Source: Bdellovibrionota bacterium (GTDB lineage: Bacteria > Bdellovibrionota_C > UBA2361 > CALJRW01). Taken from it: a DNA stretch of 64,000 nucleotides. Shown piece by piece: positions 39,053-49,379 of this stretch. The notes beneath the pieces were generated by a model, which was not told the origin of the DNA, did not search any database, and saw only the letters and a list, made by a program, of their open reading frames with translations. The stretch is taken from NCBI GenBank assembly GCA_041740355.1, contig JBGSMD010000013.1, positions 32,001-96,000 of the forward strand. The letters are read 5' to 3'. Every line of letters starts with the position of its first letter. Position 1 is the stretch's first letter. The position numbers and the translations under genes are program-made.

Positions 39053-40080
39053 TGTCCTTTTTTCGCATTGTTTTTGTAATCTTATTTTTTTTGAGTTCAA
39101 CGCAACTTTGTGCTGAGCAGAAAGATATCGTTCGTATCGCTATTATTACTGATTTAACCGGGGCAGGATCTTTTTGGGGAAGCCAGACTGTCTTAGGGGC
39201 AGATCAAGCGGCAAAAGAGATTAATCAAGAACAAGAATTGGTAAAGTTATTCGTATATGATTCTAAGCTACAACCTAAGGATGCAATCGCGGCAGCTCAG
39301 AAGGCTTTGTTTGTTGATCAAGTTGACGCGGTCTTTTCTGATTTTGCTGCGCCATCAATTGCTATTTCTGAATTAGTTGAACAGCAAGGAAAGATATTAT
39401 TATATGCAGCAGCCGCTAGATCGATACTGACTACTAATAAGTTTGCCTTTAAAACTTATCTAAATTATATTGATGGTTGTAAATTATTGTCGGAAAGAGC
39501 TTTGGCTAGGGGAGCCAAAAGAATTGCCCATCTAAAACCTATTTCTGAATTTGGAGATCTTTGTGAGCAGGGAGTTATTCAAGTAATCCCAAAGCATGAG
39601 CTAGCTGAATTTAATTATGGCGCGGATGTCCTAACTCAAATTAAAAAATTCCAATCAAAGAAAGTAGATGCAATTATTTCTATGGCATATGTGCCGGATT
39701 TGCATAATTTAGTTAAAGCCTTATCGCAGTATAATTTTAAACCAAAGATTTTTACATCAACAGAAACTGTTACACCTGAGTTATTAAAGCAGTTCCCAAG
39801 TTTTAAAGGTCAGTTCGTTGGTTTTGGGTATCCTAAAACTCCAGATCATTTTGTGCAGAAAGTTCGCACTTCATTTCCTAGTCGTGAAATTAATTATGCG
39901 CCAACAGTATTGGCTACGTATGTTCATATCAAGCAGCTTTATCACGCACTGAGTATTTGCTCTACAAAAGGTATCGAATGTCAGGTGAAGGAGCTAGGGG
40001 AGGTGAAGGATTCGGAGTTCGGGATCTTTACTTTCAAAGAGCGCGAAGCTGATGTGCCGATTGTACTTAGTGAATTTTAA
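39052..40080 (+). CDS. Periplasmic binding protein, branched-chain amino acid ABC type, with no permease nearby
   Basis: Signal peptide, DLTGAGSFWG...GA..A..EIN, YDSKLQP. Confidence 0.75.
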   Translation: MSFFRIVFVILFFLSSTQLCAEQKDIVRIAIITDLTGAGSFWGSQTVLGADQAAKEINQEQELVKLFVYDSKLQPKDAIAAAQKALFVDQVDAVFSDFAAPSIAISELVEQQGKILLYAAAARSILTTNKFAFKTYLNYIDGCKLLSERALARGAKRIAHLKPISEFGDLCEQGVIQVIPKHELAEFNYGADVLTQIKKFQSKKVDAIISMAYVPDLHNLVKALSQYNFKPKIFTSTETVTPELLKQFPSFKGQFVGFGYPKTPDHFVQKVRTSFPSREINYAPTVLATYVHIKQLYHALSICSTKGIECQVKELGEVKDSEFGIFTFKEREADVPIVLSEF

Positions 40081-40389
40081 GTTTTGGCTGAATTTCAGCA
40101 GTTTTCTGGACACGGACTCCTAGTGATGAGTTAAATCCCAAGTCTCTATAATAATACTGGTATGGAACTTAAGTTGTTATTTGATAATGTAAGCCCATCA
40201 ATCAATGAAAGTTAATAGCTAATCCACCTTTTCGCCGCTCTCTTACAAATATTAGAATCAAATTCCTATATTAACTTTCCATTGCAAGACTTAGGAATTC
40301 TTAACGACGATTATGATGGTAAAGTAAAATTGCTTGTTGATTTTAAGTCATGAGTAAAGATTAGCTGACAGCTAAGGAAGGAAAAATAG

Positions 40390-40743
40390 TTAAAATGCAC
40401 TCATCTTGATTTTTACCCAAATAAATACGAGTAGATACCAAGCAACGTAATTACAAAGTGAGGATAAAACTAACGATGTAAAAAAGACGATAACTACATC
40501 TTTAAAATATTTAAATGCATTTGTTTGGGTGTGGATTAAGTCTTTTAAGCTCAGTGGAAAAAGTAAGAACAGCATTGGGCCAAAAAAATTTAAAGGGAAA
40601 AAATCCGAAACTTTTTTTATTTGATATGTAATAAAGGAATAATGCCAAAAAAGAATAATTATCATGGTAGTTATGGCAATTCTCCAACGATAGTGCGGGA
40701 GGGGAGTGGTTTCAATTTTAATTTTTACTTCTTGATTATCCAT
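40390..40743 (-). CDS. Hypothetical membrane protein
   Basis: 117 aa with three hydrophobic segments. Confidence 0.5.
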   Translation of the reverse strand: MDNQEVKIKIETTPLPHYRWRIAITTMIIILFWHYSFITYQIKKVSDFFPLNFFGPMLFLLFPLSLKDLIHTQTNAFKYFKDVVIVFFTSLVLSSLCNYVAWYLLVFIWVKIKMSAF

Positions 40744-40765
40744 AAACTAATTTCAAATCCAAAGT

Positions 40766-41191
40766 TTATTTTTCGGGCCAAAGATGATCTGATTTTTCAC
40801 TTGGCGAACCAATATTGCTATCCCAGAAGAATACATGTGCTGGCGCATAAGCTGTTCTAGTCCAAATCATAAATGCATTCTGCTCACCTTTCATCATCAC
40901 TTCAAGTGAATCTGACTTCTGCATTTTCTTTGTAAGTCGGTTGTAACATTCTTGATTGTTACAAGTTAAATAGTTTTGGTGTACTTTAAAATATTCTTCC
41001 TGGGCCCAAGCAAAATTTTTTAACTCATATTTTGCAGCAGCAATGTAGCCTCGATGTGGAGAGGATTCAATTGACTCCCTACCAATCATCGGAGCATTGA
41101 GTTGAAATTTATATTTAGTATAACGTAGCAAGGTTAATCCAACTATAATTACACTAACTACAAAAATAGTAATTACTAAATTTTTAATCAT
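40766..41191 (-). CDS. Type IV pilin-like protein lacking the prepilin cleavage motif
   Basis: N-terminal TM, then AAAKYELKNFAWAQEEYF....YLTC....C, resembling a deltaproteobacterial pilin helix/head. Confidence 0.5.
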   Translation of the reverse strand: MIKNLVITIFVVSVIIVGLTLLRYTKYKFQLNAPMIGRESIESSPHRGYIAAAKYELKNFAWAQEEYFKVHQNYLTCNNQECYNRLTKKMQKSDSLEVMMKGEQNAFMIWTRTAYAPAHVFFWDSNIGSPSEKSDHLWPEK

Positions 41192-41338
41192 TTTGAAAAG
41201 GTGAATAATAAGTTTTTATAGTATCAATAATATAAATTACTGGATATATGGTAATTCCCATCTTCTGGGACGTATTCGATCCTTAAAAACATTGCTTATC
41301 GATATATTGAAAACAAATACAGGGTAACTACTATTCCT

Positions 41339-41523
41339 CTTAAGATGGAGTGCTTTTGTAGTATGAAATTTGAATCTGTAGCTGAGGTAAAACAAATTGT
41401 TGTCGATTTGATTGAGAACTTTTATAATACTAGTTGATGCTATCCTTCTATCAACTTAATATCACCTGAAAATTAGAGGCTTAGTTGGTATAATAGAGCA
41501 TCCATTAAATGAATGGACGTCCA
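41339..41523 (+). pseudogene. IS3-family transposase C-terminal remnant
   Basis: Reads LKMECFCSMKFESVAEVKQIVVDLIENFYNTS*CYPSINLISPEN*, matching the IS3 LK.E...F.S..E....I..FYN..R.HS.L...SP pattern with stops. Confidence 0.65.
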
Positions 41524-41661
41524 TAGCTGATTAAAAAGATTTAATTTAAAAACTGTTAGCTGAGTTTTTTTAGGTATTATTATTCACATTAGTATTTTAA
41601 TATCTCCATTAAATTGGAATATCTTGCATGAGATTAGAAATTAATTTTCTTTCATTGGCTT

Positions 41662-42525
41662 ATGGTTATATCTAACAAAATTAATTACCAAAGAAATTTA
41701 GCTATCTTATTACCTACTGCATACTTAATTATTGTCTTACTAACTAGTTTCTTATTTTCTCCAGTGGTCAAATTAATCCTAATGACCGTTGGGCTTTATT
41801 ATATAATTAAAATATCTAGTGTTATTTTAAATCCACCAAGAAAGAATTTTTTCAATAATACAAGTAAATTTATATTTTTCTTTTTTATTTGGCCAGGGAT
41901 TGATACGAATGTGCTGGAACAAAAGGGAGATAAGTTACCCAAAAGTTATTTATTAAATGGCCTCAGTTGTATGTTACTTGCGCTAGCTATGGTGATTGTC
42001 TTCTGTTTTGGAACAATCAATAAAGAGTTACTTGGATGGGTTGGAATAATTCCATTCTTTTTGTTTTTCCATTTTGGTCTTTCTCAAGTAATATTTTATT
42101 ATTCAAGATTAATTGGATTAAATACTAATAATCCTTTTAATAATCCCTTTTTGGCAAATTCATTAACTGACTTTTGGAGTAAACGTTGGAACCAACCATA
42201 TGTCGAGATGAATAAACTATACTTTACACCATTACTTTCAAACGCCATTAGATCAAAGCAAAAAGTATTTATTGTGATCTTTCTTATTTCTGGTGTGCTT
42301 CATGAACTCGCGCTATCTTACCCAGTAAACAGTGGATATGGACTACCCATGATCTATTTTTTGATTCAACTTATTGTAATTTTGTTACTAAGGAAATTTA
42401 ATTTTTTACAATATTCTCGAATAACAACTTGGCTAACAATTTTTGTTCCACTACCGTTGTTGTTTCATGAAGACTTTCGAAATGAGTTTATAATAAAGTT
42501 TTATAATTTTTTAACAAACCTATGA
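41662..42525 (+). CDS. MBOAT-family (wax synthase-like) membrane acyltransferase
   Basis: PFLANSLTDFWSKRWN, FLISGVLHE. Confidence 0.85.
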   Translation: MVISNKINYQRNLAILLPTAYLIIVLLTSFLFSPVVKLILMTVGLYYIIKISSVILNPPRKNFFNNTSKFIFFFFIWPGIDTNVLEQKGDKLPKSYLLNGLSCMLLALAMVIVFCFGTINKELLGWVGIIPFFLFFHFGLSQVIFYYSRLIGLNTNNPFNNPFLANSLTDFWSKRWNQPYVEMNKLYFTPLLSNAIRSKQKVFIVIFLISGVLHELALSYPVNSGYGLPMIYFLIQLIVILLLRKFNFLQYSRITTWLTIFVPLPLLFHEDFRNEFIIKFYNFLTNL

Positions 42526-42947
42526 GTACGGATTATTTTTTAAACTTAATTTTGATTCTAGCTGGATTAGCAAATTTTGCTTGCATTGGTGCTGGAATTC
42601 AAATTCCCAAAGTCCTTGATTGGAAAAACGATCTACAAAAGATTCACCCTTTCTCCAGAAAAATATTTCTTAACTATTATTTTTATGTTGGCTTAATGAT
42701 TTTTTCATGGGGAGTAATTTCATTGTTTCTTAGAAAGGAATTATTAGCTGGAGGTCCTTTAGCTATCGCAATTTTAGTAATTATGCTGTTGTTTTGGTTG
42801 ATTCGAATTGTTGTCGACTTTTTTTTCTTTGATGCTACAGATTGGCCTAAGGGTAAGTATTTTCAATTTGGTCATATTATTCTAACAGGAACTTTCTTTT
42901 GTTTGGTAGTTGCTTATTCAATTGTGCTTTCCTCGCTTGTTTTTTAG
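42522..42947 (+). CDS. Membrane protein coupled to the MBOAT gene
   Basis: Four TM helices, 4-bp overlap with the MBOAT gene. Confidence 0.75.
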   Translation: MSTDYFLNLILILAGLANFACIGAGIQIPKVLDWKNDLQKIHPFSRKIFLNYYFYVGLMIFSWGVISLFLRKELLAGGPLAIAILVIMLLFWLIRIVVDFFFFDATDWPKGKYFQFGHIILTGTFFCLVVAYSIVLSSLVF

Positions 42948-42957
42948 GAAACATGAT

Positions 42958-43494
42958 ATGAATATTTCAATTATTATCCTCCTTGTATTTATTGGCTTAT
43001 TGGGGTTTTGGGCGCCCGATACTTTAATTATAACCACACCCGCCTTCTTAATTATTGTTAGTGTTTTATTTATAAATACGTCATCATCAACAGTGGATAA
43101 GATTGGCATGAAGGAAAACGAAGTTATACTAGCCAATCAATATAAAAGATGGGCTATTCTTAGTTTGTTTTTTGTTCCACCAATTTTATCTTTATTACTC
43201 AGCATCGCGAGCGCGGTTACTTCATTTTTGAAATATGGAAAAATTCCTACTCTTATCGAATTTTTCGTGGGGCCAGTATTCTTATCATTATATCACTTTG
43301 CCTGCGCAGAAAAATATATCCAGTTGGTTCTCCTACTTTTATTTTGGATAGCAATAGTACTTTTTATAAAATGCCTAAAGCATCCTAACCAATCCAATTT
43401 TTTAAACTTTATATTTTTATGGATTTTCTTTTTTGTTTTTCCCTTTTTGCTGATGATAACGGGAATAGGCAGTATCCTTTATTGTGGCCCATAG
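42958..43494 (+). CDS. Hypothetical membrane protein (likely start 42958)
   Basis: AGGAA RBS before ATG 42958; hydrophobic ORF. Confidence 0.5.
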   Translation: MNISIIILLVFIGLLGFWAPDTLIITTPAFLIIVSVLFINTSSSTVDKIGMKENEVILANQYKRWAILSLFFVPPILSLLLSIASAVTSFLKYGKIPTLIEFFVGPVFLSLYHFACAEKYIQLVLLLLFWIAIVLFIKCLKHPNQSNFLNFIFLWIFFFVFPFLLMITGIGSILYCGP

Positions 43495-43549
43495 AATTAT
43501 GAATGATGCCCACTAACGGGGCAGTAGACTGTGCCTTGATAAATGTAAT

Positions 43550-44998
43550 TTAGTTATATGTCTGATGCCAAGTGCGGATACCATCTCTGATCCAGTTCTC
43601 TAAATCACTTTTCTGAGTCCACGTACTATTTTCAGGATGTAGCCCGTTTTGTGCATTTCCAACAATTGCACCTTTGGAATTATATTCAGTAGTATTTAAA
43701 GCTTGATTAGTATCTCGATCAAAAACAGAAACTAAATAGTTTCCCTGATCATTTTGATTTGCTCTTATTCCTAGATTTCGGTCAGGTATATTTAACTCCA
43801 AGTCGATCTGCTTCGTTACTACAGAATTTAAGGCATTTGCAAGGCTTCGCTCTTTAACAAATTGATTCATCTTTTCTACTTCAGCTTTTCTTTCTTGTTC
43901 TGTTTTTTTATCGATCTGTTCCTGCTTCCACTCCTTCATCATTTCTGGATTACTATATGCACCTATTGGAGGGCGTGGATCGATTGTTGCAGTCTCATTA
44001 TTAGAAAAGTTATTAGTTGGAGGTATCGTATCTAAATGCGCTACTATAATTTTCTCAGTTAGAATTACTGTTCTTTGCTCAACTATTCTACTAGACTGGT
44101 TAACTAATTCTGATTCAATTTTGAGTAAATAAGCCTGATATTTAACCTCCGTCATTCCGAATTCTAACTCAGCTCGTCTGTTAATAGCTCTAGCCTCAGG
44201 ATTATCAGAACCATCAGGGTTCAATTCATTAGCAACTTTGGGTTGGCTTTCTCCATGCCCAACAGCTACCACTCTGTTAGGATTCACACCTAAATCAATT
44301 AAGGCATCTCTAAGATCATTTGCTCTTTTTTCCGATAAAACTTGATTATACTCTTCGCTGCCAACTGAATCTGTATGTCCAGCAACAGTAAATTTATAGT
44401 TTTCTAGCCCCGGTAGACCATCAAGAGATTTAATTGCAACTGCCACATTCTCTAAGGCTAGTCTCGCCTTATCGTCCATTAAGGCTTTGTCAAAATGATA
44501 TTTGATGTCAGTAGAGATGGCTGTTTGGGCAACTTCAAGCTTTTCACGAAAATCGCTTAGCTTTTCTCTGATCTGGTGAAAATCAGTCTGAACAAAACGA
44601 TCGATTTTAATTTGATCCTCTGGTTTAGGAATTATTCTAAAATCGGGATTTACTCTTCCTAGTGTTAGATTGTTTTCATGTACACTATTTAACTGCGAGT
44701 TATGAGCTATACCAGCTTGAGTAGGTTGGATTCCAAAACTACTATTTTGTATGATATTTCCAGCTGACGCTTGGTTAGAAGTTGAACTATTCTCAGAGTC
44801 TACAGTCTTGCGATTAAATAAATTTCCACCCCCTAACTCCCTTGCTGCTTCTGCTCTAGGATTTATCGGTGTTAATGTGGCGCTACGTAACTCCTCGATA
44901 TGATGTTCGAATTGCCTAGTTTCAATAGTTAGTTTGTCGTGTTGTGTATTTGCTCGATCGTCGACTTTTATAGGGGTTCTATCTAAGACGGGAGGCAT
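43550..44998 (-). CDS. Protein with a central OmpA-like peptidoglycan-binding domain
   Basis: HFDKA, GHTDSVGSEEYNQVLSEKRA, GHGESQP...N......RAINRR. Confidence 0.85.
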   Translation of the reverse strand: MPPVLDRTPIKVDDRANTQHDKLTIETRQFEHHIEELRSATLTPINPRAEAARELGGGNLFNRKTVDSENSSTSNQASAGNIIQNSSFGIQPTQAGIAHNSQLNSVHENNLTLGRVNPDFRIIPKPEDQIKIDRFVQTDFHQIREKLSDFREKLEVAQTAISTDIKYHFDKALMDDKARLALENVAVAIKSLDGLPGLENYKFTVAGHTDSVGSEEYNQVLSEKRANDLRDALIDLGVNPNRVVAVGHGESQPKVANELNPDGSDNPEARAINRRAELEFGMTEVKYQAYLLKIESELVNQSSRIVEQRTVILTEKIIVAHLDTIPPTNNFSNNETATIDPRPPIGAYSNPEMMKEWKQEQIDKKTEQERKAEVEKMNQFVKERSLANALNSVVTKQIDLELNIPDRNLGIRANQNDQGNYLVSVFDRDTNQALNTTEYNSKGAIVGNAQNGLHPENSTWTQKSDLENWIRDGIRTWHQTYN

Positions 44999-45221
44999 AT
45001 GTTTTTTAACTACTAAATTATTACCCTATCGATCCTGATCTTAACTCTGCTTCAACAAACTTTAATTTTAAGGAATGTGTTAAAATCATCTATAATTGTT
45101 ATTCCCATCCTCCCTGGAGACAGTCAAAGGCCATTTGGGAATCTCAAATAGACTCCGCAATGTTAGAGCTTTGTTAAAACAAATTTGGACTGGGCATCAT
45201 TTGTTCTATAATTAATTCGAC

Positions 45222-45773
45222 TTAAACTCCAAGAATGCGATCTAACATAATTGCACAGGCTGATCGGACAGAGAGGTGATTGTAGTCGGTCGGCCCATTA
45301 ACCGGCTCCAGAAAATAATCAGCACGGCTTAGAAGTTGATCCGACATGCCCCAGCCAGTACCCAGCATTAATAAGTAAGGCTTGTCGTCTTCCATCATTG
45401 TTTTCATGTCAGAAAATTTAGTGCGATCGCCGCCTTGGTGTGCCGATGTAGAAATTATTTTGGGAAGCTCGCCATGTTCTAGATCTATTAGGTTAATTGC
45501 TTCATCCAGATCGTGGACGATTCTTGCTCTTCCTAAAGCTTCCTTGCGATTTGGATTGTATGTTGCACCAAAGCCAACTTCCCAATGATTTTTTAAAGTT
45601 CTGGCTAGTTTTTTGAGCGAAGTTGAGGGGTGGGCAATAAAAAAATTATTTACGCCATAGGTGCAACAGCTGCGGCAAATATCATGAAGGTCGATCATTG
45701 TTAGTGATGTCGTTACAAGATCACCTTGCTTGTCCATCATTTTATCGTGAAGTAAGATTACATTTAAATTCAT
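45222..45773 (-). CDS. SPOUT RNA methyltransferase (DUF2168 / TrmD C-terminal-like)
   Basis: DLHDICRS..TYG, GATYNPNRKEAL, GTGWG, YNHLSVRSA. Confidence 0.88.
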   Translation of the reverse strand: MNLNVILLHDKMMDKQGDLVTTSLTMIDLHDICRSCCTYGVNNFFIAHPSTSLKKLARTLKNHWEVGFGATYNPNRKEALGRARIVHDLDEAINLIDLEHGELPKIISTSAHQGGDRTKFSDMKTMMEDDKPYLLMLGTGWGMSDQLLSRADYFLEPVNGPTDYNHLSVRSACAIMLDRILGV

Positions 45774-46480
45774 AAGTCAGGTCTGTTTTTTTTTGTTTTT
45801 TTTAATGCCTCAGCCCAACGCCATTTTTTGATATTGGCGTGATTCCCTGAAAGTAGAACTTCTGGAACACTAAGTCCGGCATATTCAGGTGGGCGAGTAT
45901 ATTGGGGAGATTCTAGTAGTAGTTTGTTTTCGTCCGTAATTGAAAAGGATTCCTCCAGTAGGGAGTCTGGGTTGCCAATTCCTTCGGTTAGTAGCCGCGT
46001 TATTGCTTCAATGATCATCATGGCGGGCACTTCTCCTCCCATACAGACCACGTCAGCTAAGCAGTATTCTTCGTCAATCTTAAGGTCAATTACGCGTTGA
46101 TCGACACCTTCATATCTGCCACAAACTATAATCAACTCAGACTCTTTACTAAGTTCGTTAGCAACTTGTTGCGTAAATTTTTTACCCGACGCGCTTAGTA
46201 AGATTTTTTTTGCTTTAGGAAGTTTTACTTCTTCTTCTGAGATCGCTTGGATTAGAGGTTCAGGTTTAAGTAGCATTCCAGCGCCTCCGCCGTATGTAAT
46301 ATCATCTACTTTAAAGTGGGGAGGTTCTGCAAATCGCCGAAAGTTAACTAAGTTAATTTCGACGATTTGGTTTTTAATAGCTTTACCGATTAAACTAGCT
46401 TCAAGATAACTAGTAAAAAGCTCAGGGAATATTGTTAAGACTGAAAACTTGTAGGGAACGAGGTTTTTAGTGTCAGACAA
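45770..46480 (-). CDS. trmD: tRNA (guanine-N1)-methyltransferase
   Basis: VDD..YGGGAGM, CGRYEGVDQR, GGE, PQYTRP, LLSGNH. Confidence 0.97.
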   Translation of the reverse strand: MSDTKNLVPYKFSVLTIFPELFTSYLEASLIGKAIKNQIVEINLVNFRRFAEPPHFKVDDITYGGGAGMLLKPEPLIQAISEEEVKLPKAKKILLSASGKKFTQQVANELSKESELIIVCGRYEGVDQRVIDLKIDEEYCLADVVCMGGEVPAMMIIEAITRLLTEGIGNPDSLLEESFSITDENKLLLESPQYTRPPEYAGLSVPEVLLSGNHANIKKWRWAEALKKTKKNRPDL

Positions 46481-46489
46481 TGTTGTTTA

Positions 46490-46885
46490 CTATTTCTTCT
46501 TTTTAGCTTTCTTAACAGCTGGTTTGCTCTTGATTGCTTTTTTAGCAGAAATTTCCTTTTTTGTTACTGGACCTTGCTTAGCTTTACGAGCATCTCTTTT
46601 AGCTTTGATCTTAGCTTTACGAGCGGCAACAATTCCTTTGTAATATCCTGGGAAGGATTTTTCTAAAAGATTTGAAACTAACAATGAAGGAATAGCACCT
46701 TCAGTAATCCAATGTTTTACTCGTTCTTCTTTGAAAGAAGAAACAGCAGGGTTTAATAGGGGATTATGATTTCCAACGATTTCAATAAACTTACCATCAC
46801 GTTTAGTCCCTTTTTGTTTTACAACAATACGATAAAAGGGAAGTTTCTTTTGACCCTGTCTAGATAGTCCAATAACTACAGCCAC
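46490..46885 (-). CDS. rpsP: 30S ribosomal protein S16 with Lys/Ala-rich tail
   Basis: PFYRIVV...KRDGKFIE.VG..NP, W...GA.PS. Confidence 0.95.
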   Translation of the reverse strand: MAVVIGLSRQGQKKLPFYRIVVKQKGTKRDGKFIEIVGNHNPLLNPAVSSFKEERVKHWITEGAIPSLLVSNLLEKSFPGYYKGIVAARKAKIKAKRDARKAKQGPVTKKEISAKKAIKSKPAVKKAKKKK

Positions 46886-47158
46886 TTTATAACTCCAAAT
46901 TTTAAAAAATACGAAGTCGCTTTATAACAAATTTATTTGCTGATAGCAATTTTGGCCTAATTGAGATTTCGTAGGTTACTTGAATTTTCCGACAGTTTAT
47001 ATCTAACACATAACTACTTAATATTACTACCTATTCATTAGATTGTGCAAAACTTGCCATATTTCTTTAAATATCTGATCATTCGCAGGTAACAATACAT
47101 ATGAAGCAAAGCATAACACTATTCAGATATGTAGTATGTAAGCTATCAGGTTATAAAT

Positions 47159-47479
47159 ATGAAAAAATTACTCGCAGTTATCTTCTTAGTCTCAATGGTC
47201 ATCGGAAATTTTGCTTTAGCAGATGATGTTATATGTGCGGCGGTATATCCTTGTGATGAACAAGGAAATCTCTTAGAAGATTATTCTGATGCCGAGTCAC
47301 CATGTTTAGATTATTATATTGGTCAGTGCTTGGTAGTTAAATTACAAATCTCTAAACATAGTATTCAGTCTTGTGAATTTCAAAAAGCCGATTTAGAAGC
47401 AACACTTGATTCATTAGATGCTACGGAACGTAAATATCGCAAATTAAAAAAGAAGCTTCAGCAGTTACGCGCTAAATAA
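47159..47479 (+). CDS. Small secreted Cys-containing protein with coiled-coil tail
   Basis: Signal peptide, five Cys, basic helical C-terminus. Confidence 0.65.
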   Translation: MKKLLAVIFLVSMVIGNFALADDVICAAVYPCDEQGNLLEDYSDAESPCLDYYIGQCLVVKLQISKHSIQSCEFQKADLEATLDSLDATERKYRKLKKKLQQLRAK

Positions 47480-47624
47480 TATTATAATTCCAAAAAACAA
47501 ACTCAGTTTAAAAACTATTTCTATTAAGGAAATTATTTTTAAGGGCTAGATATTTCGATCTTCAGACTAGAAATCAACTAAGGTTAAAGGTTTCAGAAAC
47601 TACTTTTGGGGTTACTATAAAATA

Positions 47625-48986
47625 TTAGAGACCTTTTAACATGCTCAGTGGATTTTTACCGCCCATCGCTTTCATCATATTTCCCATACCCATTTTATTG
47701 AATTGTTTCATCATCTTCTTGAGTTCTAGAAATTGTTTTAATAGTTGATTAACATCTTGGACTTGAGTTCCAGAGCCATGAGCAATTCTTTTTCTGCGAC
47801 TACCATTTAAGATATCTGGATTGAGACGTTCTTTTTTAGTCATTGATAGAATGATTGCTTCTGTTTTTCGTAGCTCTTTGGCGGCAGCTTCCGGATCGAT
47901 TTTTTTGGCCATCTTATCCATCCCTGGAATCATTGACATCAGTGAACTAATACTACCCATTTTGCTCATCATTCTTAGTTGAGACAGGAAGTCCTCCAAA
48001 TCGAAACTATTTTTTTGGAATTTTTTTTGAAGCTTTAAAGAATCCTCCACATTAATTTGTTCAGAGGCTTTTTCAATTAAGCTGAGCATATCGCCCATGC
48101 CAAGAATTCGAGAAGCTAAGCGATCGGGATGAAATACTTCTAAGGCATCAAGTTTTTCACCAAGTCCAATAAATTTGATTGGCTGTCCAGTAACTTTAAG
48201 CATGGAAAGAGCAGCTCCACCTCGAGCATCACCATCTAATTTTGTCAGGATTAAACCTGTCAAAGCTAATTGATCACTAAAGCCTTGCGCAACGTTAACA
48301 GCTTCTTGTCCAGTCATCGCATCAGCAACAAGTAATATTTCCTGAGGTTTAATTGAAGCTTGAATGTCACCTAGCTCTTGCATTAGTTCAGTATCAATTT
48401 GTAGGCGACCAGCAGTATCAAGGATCACTACATCATGCCCCATCAGTCTTGCTTGCTCGACTGCTAATTCAGCGATTTGCAAAGGTTTTTGACCAGCTTG
48501 AGTATCATAAACTGGAACGTTAATTTGTTTGCCTAATGTCTTTAATTGTTCAATTGCAGCAGGACGATAAATATCAGCTGGGACTAAAAGCGGATTACGC
48601 TTTAATTGTTTACGTAAGTAAATTGCTAATTTTCCACAACTTGTAGTTTTACCAGAACCTTGTAGTCCAACTAACATGATGATTGCCGGAGGAGCTACTT
48701 TTAAATTTAAATCGCTGGCGTTGGAGCCCAGCATGATCTTAAGTTGCTCGTGAACAATTTTAATTATTTGTTGATCTGGTTTTAAGCTTTTTAAAACTTC
48801 TTCACCTTGGGCCAGCACAGCGATTTCCGCGCAGAAATCTTTTGCTACCTTGTAGTTTACATCAGCTTCAAGTAGGGCAAGGCGTACTTCCTTGAGGGTC
48901 GCTTCAAGATCTTGCGCTGAAATTACAGTTTTGCCGCGAAGATGTTTTAATGCTGAAGTAAGTTTATCAGATAAGTTTTGGAACAT
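47625..48986 (-). CDS. ffh: Signal recognition particle protein
   Basis: GLQGSGKTT, DTAGR, TKLDGDARGG, RILGMGD, Met-rich M domain. Confidence 0.99.
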   Translation of the reverse strand: MFQNLSDKLTSALKHLRGKTVISAQDLEATLKEVRLALLEADVNYKVAKDFCAEIAVLAQGEEVLKSLKPDQQIIKIVHEQLKIMLGSNASDLNLKVAPPAIIMLVGLQGSGKTTSCGKLAIYLRKQLKRNPLLVPADIYRPAAIEQLKTLGKQINVPVYDTQAGQKPLQIAELAVEQARLMGHDVVILDTAGRLQIDTELMQELGDIQASIKPQEILLVADAMTGQEAVNVAQGFSDQLALTGLILTKLDGDARGGAALSMLKVTGQPIKFIGLGEKLDALEVFHPDRLASRILGMGDMLSLIEKASEQINVEDSLKLQKKFQKNSFDLEDFLSQLRMMSKMGSISSLMSMIPGMDKMAKKIDPEAAAKELRKTEAIILSMTKKERLNPDILNGSRRKRIAHGSGTQVQDVNQLLKQFLELKKMMKQFNKMGMGNMMKAMGGKNPLSMLKGL

Positions 48987-49050
48987 GGATGTAAAAAATT
49001 AACAAAAAGACGTTAGATATGAATATCAAGAATACTTAAGCATCGCAAAT

Positions 49051-49271
49051 TAGCGGATAAACACACTAAAACACATTAGGTTTTTCCTTACGGCTTGGAA
49101 AATACAAAGCACATTTTCCGCTCTTTGTGTTTTAGTATATTTGTTTTTACCAGTAATTAAACTTATTTCATTAGGGTAACTACCCGAGCGACCCCCAAGG
49201 CTCACTACAAGTGCTTCGCACTTGATACACAAAGCAATAATTTTGAAACGGTAATTTTCAATGTCGCTTAG
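49051..49271 (-). repeat. Dispersed structured repeat, family B copy 3
   Basis: Reverse complement begins CTAAGCGACATTGAAAATTAC; hairpin CAAGTGC-GAA-GCACTTG. Confidence 0.8.
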
Positions 49272-49379
49272 TATAGATGCTGATTAACAATAATTAACAT
49301 TGTAAGAGTATCATTAATTGACAAGATACCCAAGTATTTCCTTAGTGATGCTTAACTTACCAAAAATAATTAATTAATT

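Noticed and set aside
43480-43545. Possible attC after the 41662-43494 membrane genes
   Set aside because: Only short hairpins; no paired AAC/GTT cores with attC-like arms.
45098-45150. REP-like GTTATTCCC...GGGAATCT sequence
   Set aside because: Single degenerate occurrence with weak pairing.
48987-49379. SRP RNA next to ffh
   Set aside because: No SRP domain IV motif recognised; the region is family B copy 3, and ORF 49050..49232 is a by-product of it.
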